This document shows, in pieces, positions 37,509-44,019 of a DNA stretch of 44,019 nucleotides. A model generated the notes under the pieces. That model saw nothing but the letters and a program-made list of their open reading frames with translations. It searched no databases and was not told where the DNA came from. The position numbers were made by a program, and so were the translations under genes. Source of the DNA: Patescibacteria group bacterium (GTDB taxonomy: Bacteria; Patescibacteriota; Minisyncoccia; Phycocordibacterales; CAIZLB01). The first letter of the stretch is position 1, and each line of letters opens with the position of its first letter. Where the stretch lies: the NCBI GenBank assembly GCA_040384865.1, contig JAZKIM010000008.1, positions 3,301 through 47,319 of the forward strand. The letters run 5' to 3'.

Positions 37509-37554
37509 GGTATTTATATTTGTTATTAGTTTTTATCCCTGTTTGGATGATTAT

Positions 37555-37584
37555 AGTATAAGTGAACCATGGTTCACCTGTCAA
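37555..37584 (-). promoter_or_regulatory. Promoter with embedded LexA-type operator
   Basis: TTGACA-18nt-TATACT; spacer holds the palindrome GTGAACCATGGTTCAC (37562-37577; GAAC-N4-GTTC). Confidence 0.8.
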
Positions 37585-37620
37585 TAAATAGGGGCAGGGG
37601 AGTGGGGATAACTTTACATA

Positions 37621-37651
37621 AACAAAAAAGCCCCGAGGGGCTCTTTTTGTT
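37621..37651. terminator. Intrinsic terminator
   Basis: aacaaaaaagcccc-ga-ggggctctttttgtt. Confidence 0.7.
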
Positions 37652-37668
37652 TATCATCATCTACTATT

Positions 37669-38109
37669 TTATTTCTCTAAAATCTCAAAACTGTTGATAA
37701 CAACGTTTCCTGAATCATCCATTGAGTACGACACTGCTGCTGTGTGCGGCGTCACGCCATCGCTGTACTCTACTATCGCTCGTCCTGCTGCTTCCACTGT
37801 CACAAGACTTACTACGAAAGACTTCCCTGCTGCCGGCTTTTTTGTTGAAAGCTGATTAATATGTGACTGAAGATACACTGTTACAGCTGCGCGTTCATTT
37901 GTTGTCACCACACGATCATCCTCACCGAGATTGCGTCGAGTAGTTGTTGCCCCTGTTGTTGAAGCGTCGTTCATGTTATCCCCTACAGGTCGATGATTGT
38001 ACATGTATATACCACCCCACACCAAAAGAATTATGATAATAATTGATCCGATTGTAATCCAAACTGTCTTTGTAGCCTCATTTGGGCTGTTTTGCATTGT
38101 TGATTCCAT
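37669..38109 (-). CDS. Hypothetical membrane-anchored protein
   Basis: N-terminal TM, Thr-rich linker, small domain. Confidence 0.75.
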   Translation of the reverse strand: MESTMQNSPNEATKTVWITIGSIIIIILLVWGGIYMYNHRPVGDNMNDASTTGATTTRRNLGEDDRVVTTNERAAVTVYLQSHINQLSTKKPAAGKSFVVSLVTVEAAGRAIVEYSDGVTPHTAAVSYSMDDSGNVVINSFEILEK

Positions 38110-38153
38110 AGACCCATTATACTACTCCTCATTAAAATTGTGTAAAGATGTCC

Positions 38154-39455
38154 TTAGACTCGAAAGAAAGAAATGACCGTTAAAATGCTGACTACCCACA
38201 TTATCCCTATTAGCAGCCAGCCTATAGCAGAGCTCATTCGCCCACTTACCCATTGACCCATAAGGGTCTTGTTGCCACTTAAAAGAACCACAAAAACCAA
38301 TACAACAGGGGCGACCAGACAATTTGCCACGGCTGAATATATCAAAGCTTTTATAGGATCGAGCCCAATAAAATTAAGCATCAGTCCGACGAGCATCGCT
38401 GCTGTAAGTACCCAATAAAAGGCCTGGGCTTGCTGAAATTTTCTACCTAGTCCTTCTTTCCAATTCATAGTTTCGGCAATAGCATATGACGTTGACCCTG
38501 CTAAGACAGGGACCGCCAGAAGTCCTGTACCGATAATACCCAGAGCAAAAAGAAGATATGCACCGGTGCCAGCCAATGGAAGCAGCGCAGCTGCGGCATC
38601 CGCTGCTGTAGAAATGTTAGTAATACCGCTCGCAAATAGAGTGCCAGAACAAACTGCAATAATAAAGAACATCACCAGGTTTGAAACAAACATACCTGTC
38701 CATACATCGATGCGCATAGAAGAGATATCGGCGGAACTGATTTCATCTACAAGTCTTTGACCTTTTGAATTCACAGTTTTTTTTCCTTCTTTTTCCTCTA
38801 CCTCTTGAGAACTTTGCCAGAAAAATAAATATGGGGAAATGGTTGTACCGAGAATCGCGGCTACAAGAAGAAGAGATTGTTTATCGAACGAAAGGTGAGG
38901 AACGATCAAATGATAAAACAAAGAGCTCCAGTCCAACTCGATAGCAAAGGCGGTCAATATATATGAGAATAGAATAATAGTAAGCCATTTCAAATATTGG
39001 GCATAAGCCTTATAACTAGTGAAGATTTGAAGGAACAAACTAAACAAGGTAAAACCTATAACCAACAATCCCTGATTAAGTGATGGGAATACCAGCCGTG
39101 TTGCTTCAGCCATAGCGCCAAGATCCGCTCCAATATTGAAAGTATTTGCAATAAAAAGAAGTATTGTACAAATAATGAGAAGGGGTCGAGGAAAATATAT
39201 TTTAATATTTGCAGCAAGACCCCTACCGGTCACCATACCGATTCGAGCACACATTTCCTGAATAACCGCCATCAACGGAAAGGTAAAAAGCGATAACCAA
39301 ATAAGCTGGGGGCCCGCCGATGCTCCCGTTTGGGAATACGTTGCAATACCAGAAGGATCATCATCGGCGGCACCGGTAATCAAGCCGGGGCCAAGTTTCT
39401 TCCAGTAATTCAGCGCTCGAGAAATTGTTGATCTGAACATTTGTTGTTTTGCCAA
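38154..39455 (-). CDS. NRAMP-family divalent metal transporter
   Basis: GPGLITGAADDDPSGIATY, GTTISPYLFFWQ. Confidence 0.9.
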   Translation of the reverse strand: MAKQQMFRSTISRALNYWKKLGPGLITGAADDDPSGIATYSQTGASAGPQLIWLSLFTFPLMAVIQEMCARIGMVTGRGLAANIKIYFPRPLLIICTILLFIANTFNIGADLGAMAEATRLVFPSLNQGLLVIGFTLFSLFLQIFTSYKAYAQYLKWLTIILFSYILTAFAIELDWSSLFYHLIVPHLSFDKQSLLLVAAILGTTISPYLFFWQSSQEVEEKEGKKTVNSKGQRLVDEISSADISSMRIDVWTGMFVSNLVMFFIIAVCSGTLFASGITNISTAADAAAALLPLAGTGAYLLFALGIIGTGLLAVPVLAGSTSYAIAETMNWKEGLGRKFQQAQAFYWVLTAAMLVGLMLNFIGLDPIKALIYSAVANCLVAPVVLVFVVLLSGNKTLMGQWVSGRMSSAIGWLLIGIMWVVSILTVISFFRV

Positions 39456-39525
39456 CCGCTCGTGTTGTTATATTAAGTATATGCCTTCATTCATTTATAT
39501 TCTATAGCACCTATCAACACATGAC

Positions 39526-39556
39526 GACAAAAGGCGCACTAATGCGCCCTTTTGTC
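39526..39556. terminator. Intrinsic terminator
   Basis: gacaaaaggcgca-ctaa-tgcgcccttttgtc. Confidence 0.7.
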
Positions 39557-39584
39557 ATTCCCAAAACCTTTGCAAACTATCGAT

Positions 39585-40271
39585 TTATATCGTCACTAAA
39601 TGATTCTTAACTCTAGCCTGAACTGTTTTTGAGACGGTTGGAGTTGTGGTAATAGACTCACCATTCTTTCGATCGAGGTAATTGATGTTTAGGATATATG
39701 TAGTGTCGCTGTTGAAATATTGCTGCGGGGTAGTCAACGGCGCATTAGGGTCGGCAATTGCCAAAACTCCCTGAACAACCACACGATCTCCCACCATTAC
39801 CGCGGATGTGTAAGTGACAATTCCACCGCTAACCTTGAAGAGCGCTACGTAACTGACCGATGAGCTTGAATTCTGCGTAGTGATGACAAGGTTGGTGAAA
39901 ACGTCATAACCATTTTCAGTTGGAATTTTACCGAAGATCTTCCCTCGAGTTAAGGTACCCTTAATAGTTCCATTGGTGAAATTTGCTGTTCCCTTTGTCA
40001 GTGCTACATCAATACCAGTGCTAGGCACTCGAATCAACGCGCTGTCGAGTAATGTATTAAGTGTTTCATCACTCATGCCGATTGGAGAGGACGGATTTGA
40101 TGTATTTGTACCGCCGTTACTAGTTCCACCCGAAGATGAAACTGTACTTGTTCCATCCTCGGAACCTACTACAGCCTCCTGATCCGACTTATTTCTAAAC
40201 ACAAAAAAGAGGGCGAGGATCACTATGACCACCACCGCTACCACTATTGTATTTTTTACTGTTGAAGACAT
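39585..40271 (-). CDS. Hypothetical membrane-anchored protein
   Basis: N-terminal TM, Ser/Gly/Thr linker, beta-rich domain. Confidence 0.75.
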   Translation of the reverse strand: MSSTVKNTIVVAVVVIVILALFFVFRNKSDQEAVVGSEDGTSTVSSSGGTSNGGTNTSNPSSPIGMSDETLNTLLDSALIRVPSTGIDVALTKGTANFTNGTIKGTLTRGKIFGKIPTENGYDVFTNLVITTQNSSSSVSYVALFKVSGGIVTYTSAVMVGDRVVVQGVLAIADPNAPLTTPQQYFNSDTTYILNINYLDRKNGESITTTPTVSKTVQARVKNHLVTI

Positions 40272-40373
40272 ATTTAGTTATATTAGCTGAGAGGTGCTCT
40301 TTGCACCTTGGTGTTAACAATAACACGAACATCATTAAGGAATCATTAATTACTAATGATATAGTGCTACATC

Positions 40374-40526
40374 CTAAGCGATTGGATTTCTGCCCTGTAT
40401 AAGCCGGACCAAGAACACCACGATCGCAATGACCAATAGGATATGGATAAAACCTCCAAGGGTATATGAGGAAACGAGGCCGAGCAGCCAGAGCACCAAA
40501 AGAATAACTGCGATTGTGGTAAGCAT
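40374..40526 (-). CDS. lmo0937/DUF5670-family small membrane protein
   Basis: LWLLGL...GGFIHILLVIA...IQGR. Confidence 0.85.
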   Translation of the reverse strand: MLTTIAVILLVLWLLGLVSSYTLGGFIHILLVIAIVVFLVRLIQGRNPIA

Positions 40527-40589
40527 AAAGTTTAAAATAAATTTGTAATTGCCAAACACGATGGCAAACTCAATTGTGATCTTTTCAGA

Positions 40590-40985
40590 TTAAGACTCCA
40601 TGAAGTTCTTAACAGTCTCTACCATACTCTTAAGTGAAATGTTCGATTTTACCAAAAAATCGACAGCTCCCAATTTCTTGCCACGAGCTATATCAGCTGC
40701 TTGGCCTAAATTAGAAATCATAATGACAGGTGGTTTTCCTTCCATTCCCCTCTTCTTTAATCGCTCCAGCACCTCAAAACCATTAACAAGCGGCATGATT
40801 ACATCGAGAAGAACAAGATCAGGTTTCTCTGCCTTTATTTTTTCCAACGCTTCTTTTCCATCATCGGCGAGCAATACGTCAAAACCCGCTTCTCCAAGTG
40901 CAAAACGATAGGCCTGAGAAATGAGTAGATCATCTTCGACAAGAAGGATCTTCTTTCTTTCTAAGATTGTTTCAAAGATATTCAT
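40590..40985 (-). CDS. Single-domain response regulator
   Basis: ILLVEDD, DLVLLDVIMP, ISN, VKS. Confidence 0.92.
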   Translation of the reverse strand: MNIFETILERKKILLVEDDLLISQAYRFALGEAGFDVLLADDGKEALEKIKAEKPDLVLLDVIMPLVNGFEVLERLKKRGMEGKPPVIMISNLGQAADIARGKKLGAVDFLVKSNISLKSMVETVKNFMES

Positions 40986-41003
40986 ATCTGGTATTTATTA
41001 AAA

Positions 41004-42920
41004 CTAAAGTCTTACCCTCCGTTTTACCGCTGGGTGCCGCGGCTTACTGAGCGGAAAGGTAACCGTAAAGGTCGTGCCTATATTCAATTTCGACACACAG
41101 GTGATTTTTCCTCCCAAAGTTTCTGTCATCATCTTGGACATGTATAATCCAAGACCGTTTCCCTCAGTACGAGCCTTTACGGCATTGTCGGCACGATAGA
41201 ATCGCTGAAAGATATTCGGCAGCGCTTCTTTTGGAATTCCAATTCCTTCATCTTGCACAGTTATTTGGTATTGAAAGCCTGGATTTACCGCAACGTCGAT
41301 ATAAATATTACACCGACGATCTGGCGAATATGCTATGGCATTATTAATTAAGTTATTAAGGACCTGGCGAAGAAGTACTGGATCGGTAGTAACCTTTGTG
41401 CCAGCCGTACTAGGCAATGAAAGAACGAGGTTGCATTTATGAGAATTAGCAACGGGCTGAAGTTCATGCACTACTTCAATGATAAATTCCTTGAGTACCA
41501 CTTGCTCAAGCTTTACTGTCAATACGCCTGTTTCAAGACGAGAGACATCGAGTAAGTTTTCAACTAATTTGATCATCTTCTCATTCGACTCGTTGACGCT
41601 CTGAAGCATTTCTTGCTGTTCCTTTGTCAGATTTGATGCACCACTCAAGAGCAACATCTCAACAAACAGTTTGATGGCTGTCAAAGGTGTTCGCAGCTGA
41701 TGCGATGCTAATGAAACAAATTCACTTTTAGCGCGATCGACTTCCTTTTCCTTGCTGATGTCTCGAAAAACCATTACAGCACCAATTGTTTCTCCTTCAA
41801 GTACAACAGGGGCGCTTGTCATACTAACCGGAAAAGGCTTTCTATACGCTGAAGAATAGTAATAGGCGGAATTTACTATCTTTTTACCATTATTCAATGA
41901 CATAGCCACAGGGCGCTTGGTATTCGAGATAACCTCTCCGTCCTCGCCCTCAATCTTCCAGACATTGTGATAGAACTCTCCAATAGCATCTTCCTGACTC
42001 CAGCCAAGAAGTGACTGTGCTTGCTGATTGAATACAACAATGCGGCCGGTTTCATCGGTCGCAATCACTCCTTCACCAATGCTATCAAGTAAAGCTTCAT
42101 CCTTTGCAACCTCGGTTTCTATAGCACGTGTTGATCTCTCAAGATCTCTCGTATATCGCTTAAGCATTTCTTCGGTATTCTTTCGTTCAGTCATGTCACG
42201 CACCACTTTTGTATACCCTTTCATACCACCGGATTCATCTTTGAAATATGAGAGGATTTCGTTTGCCCAAAATTGTGTGCCGTCTTTTCGGACCCACCAA
42301 CCCTCCTGTTCAAATTTTCCCTCTAGTTTTACCTGCTGCAACTGCCTCATGTCCATGCCTACTTTCCTACCATCTTTACTGTAAAAAATAAATGGAGTTT
42401 TTCCAAGCACCTCTTCCGCAGAGTATCCCAATAATCGCTCAGCGCCCTTGTTCCAAGTCCTAATCTTACCCTTGATATCCAAAACAAAGATAGCATAATC
42501 CTTTACGTTTTCGATAAGAGTTCGGTGATATTCCTCGCTCTCTTTTATTTGACTGAATATAGCCAGCTCATCCGTATTATCCCTCATTAAAATGAGGAGC
42601 ATGTCTCCTGAAGGATATATTCTACATTTAAACCAGCGCTCTATGTGCGAAACATACTCATCAAACACTATTGGCATATTTTCTGATTTTGCCTCAAGAC
42701 ATTTCTTATACAGGAGAGAACTTGCAAACCTGGGTTTAAGTTTAAGCAGGTTCTTTCCCAACACTTCTGACATTCCTTTTTTTCCTAAATCAAGAGCGCG
42801 CAACGCGCCTTCGTTTATATAAAGGCAATTAAATTTGTAATCCAAAACAAAAGCGCAATCACTGACTGCATCAAGGAAGCGTTCGGCTGAAAATGATAGG
42901 GTGTTTTGCTTATCGTTCAT
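41004..42920 (-). CDS. Soluble multi-PAS sensor histidine kinase
   Basis: Three PAS-like domains, ASHQLRTP, NLINNA, DEGIG, GNGLGL; no TM segment seen. Confidence 0.93.
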   Translation of the reverse strand: MNDKQNTLSFSAERFLDAVSDCAFVLDYKFNCLYINEGALRALDLGKKGMSEVLGKNLLKLKPRFASSLLYKKCLEAKSENMPIVFDEYVSHIERWFKCRIYPSGDMLLILMRDNTDELAIFSQIKESEEYHRTLIENVKDYAIFVLDIKGKIRTWNKGAERLLGYSAEEVLGKTPFIFYSKDGRKVGMDMRQLQQVKLEGKFEQEGWWVRKDGTQFWANEILSYFKDESGGMKGYTKVVRDMTERKNTEEMLKRYTRDLERSTRAIETEVAKDEALLDSIGEGVIATDETGRIVVFNQQAQSLLGWSQEDAIGEFYHNVWKIEGEDGEVISNTKRPVAMSLNNGKKIVNSAYYYSSAYRKPFPVSMTSAPVVLEGETIGAVMVFRDISKEKEVDRAKSEFVSLASHQLRTPLTAIKLFVEMLLLSGASNLTKEQQEMLQSVNESNEKMIKLVENLLDVSRLETGVLTVKLEQVVLKEFIIEVVHELQPVANSHKCNLVLSLPSTAGTKVTTDPVLLRQVLNNLINNAIAYSPDRRCNIYIDVAVNPGFQYQITVQDEGIGIPKEALPNIFQRFYRADNAVKARTEGNGLGLYMSKMMTETLGGKITCVSKLNIGTTFTVTFPLSKPRHPAVKRRVRL

Positions 42921-42923
42921 GGG

Positions 42924-43598
42924 CTATGATGATAGTCGATAACCAACGCCGCGTATAGTTTCAAGAATATTTCTCATTTTTCCTTTATTGAGTTTCTTTC
43001 GCAAATTCGTGATATGAACATCGACGACATTGCTGAAACCGCGAAAATTAAAGTCCCAAACATGATCAAGAAGTTGATCACGCATAATTACCTGTCCTGG
43101 ATTTCTCATGAAATATTCAAGGATTGAGAATTCTTTCAAGGTAAGTTTTACTTCCTTTCCAGCACGATATACTTTCTTACTGCTTGGATTGAGAACTATA
43201 TCTTCCACTGTGAGCTCAGGGGTTACTGTTTCTTTCTGACGTCGCATCAGCGCACGCGCTCTTGCAGCGAGCTCAGACACGGAAAATGGCTTCGTAAGGT
43301 AGTCGTCAGCGCCGCTATCGAGAGCACGCACCTTGTCCTCTGTACCAACATGTCCTGTGAGAATGAGGATCGGTAAATTAATATTTTGCTGTCGCAAATG
43401 GGTACAAATTTCAAACCCATCCTTCCCTGGCAGAGTAAGATCAAGGATAAGCAAATCATAATCAGTATGGTTAAGGAGCATGCGCTTTTCACCTTCTATA
43501 CCGTCATTTAGGATATCTACCGCGTAACTTTCCTGTTCGAGACCCCTTTTCAATGCCTGTGCCAATCTGATGTCGTCTTCGATGATGAGAATTTTCAT
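42924..43598 (-). CDS. OmpR/PhoB-family response regulator
   Basis: Receiver domain plus winged helix (VVDVHI, TIRGVGY). Confidence 0.95.
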   Translation of the reverse strand: MKILIIEDDIRLAQALKRGLEQESYAVDILNDGIEGEKRMLLNHTDYDLLILDLTLPGKDGFEICTHLRQQNINLPILILTGHVGTEDKVRALDSGADDYLTKPFSVSELAARARALMRRQKETVTPELTVEDIVLNPSSKKVYRAGKEVKLTLKEFSILEYFMRNPGQVIMRDQLLDHVWDFNFRGFSNVVDVHITNLRKKLNKGKMRNILETIRGVGYRLSS

Positions 43599-43730
43599 GT
43601 ATTTACAAGGTTAATACGTATTAATTTGGACTTAATCAACAGATTGGCCGTAACTGATTGGCTGTTATTCTTACGCCTCTTATTATGCATAACTAACATT
43701 AAGCCTTTATGAAGGTGGCTGCAAGTGCTG

Positions 43731-43982
43731 CTATTTGGAGGTGTAGAGATCGATTTTCTGCTGTCTTGTTAGTTGCTTCAGCTCATATTCCCTTTTTGAG
43801 GCTACGCCTCTCGTCTCATACTTTTCACTGTATACCAATTCAACAGGTCGACGGGCTTTAGTATATTTTGCCCCACGTTTTGACAAGTTATGCTCCGCTA
43901 ATCGTCTTTCTAGATTTGTAGTTATCCCTATATACAATGATTCATCAGCACACTTAAGTATGTACACCTCGTAAGAATTCAT
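43731..43982 (-). CDS. GIY-YIG nuclease family protein (UPF0213-like)
   Basis: VYILKC, LYIGIT, RRLAEHN, GAKYT, REYELK. Confidence 0.9.
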   Translation of the reverse strand: MNSYEVYILKCADESLYIGITTNLERRLAEHNLSKRGAKYTKARRPVELVYSEKYETRGVASKREYELKQLTRQQKIDLYTSK

Positions 43983-44019
43983 ACTCATATAGTATACCGA
44001 ATTCATTTTCATCCAACTT

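Noticed and set aside
143-43492. Numerous overlapping opposite-strand or alternate-frame ORFs in the track
   Set aside because: Shadows of well-supported genes, with no motifs of their own.
41004-43598. Two-component system as receptor for the ComX-like peptide
   Set aside because: 36 kb away; the kinase is soluble PAS-type with an OmpR regulator, unlike polytopic ComP and NarL-type ComA.
1-44019. Alternative genetic code (UGA=Gly, as in Gracilibacteria/Absconditabacteria)
   Set aside because: Long conserved genes are intact under code 11, and avd ends at TGA shortly after its conserved GGW motif.

Overview
A 44-kb chromosomal segment whose compact gene set, AT-rich intergenic DNA and gene content (class II RNR, LemA/HtpX, SecG, RNase J, rnpB, LexA, DsbA/DsbB) fit a Candidate Phyla Radiation (Parcubacteria-like) bacterium using the standard code. 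The taxon is inferred. Two accessory regions interrupt the housekeeping genes. (1) About 590-6700 holds a complete diversity-generating retroelement: RT, an antisense head-to-head avd, a 123-nt TR/VR pair with 18 adenine-only mismatches, and a structured TR leader. It is followed by a degenerate tRNA-like element, a SIR2-like gene and, divergently, an unannotated 17-aa peptide (MKKVSTKATQALYPWND) upstream of a class I prenyltransferase-fold enzyme. That pair resembles a ComX/ComQ tryptophan-prenylated peptide signal system and is the best candidate for an undescribed system here. (2) About 17700-23650, downstream of tRNA-Ser(GGA), is an integrase-less array of unrelated genes (IucA/IucC-like, ORF6N, ADP-ribosyltransferase-like, others) separated by repeats that copy the tRNA 3' end. 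Other notable signals are widespread apparently leaderless genes, a GAAC-N4-GTTC box inside the promoter of an orf-lexA-EVE cluster, a DnaA box upstream of nrdJ, and a CdaA with a CdaR-like tail.
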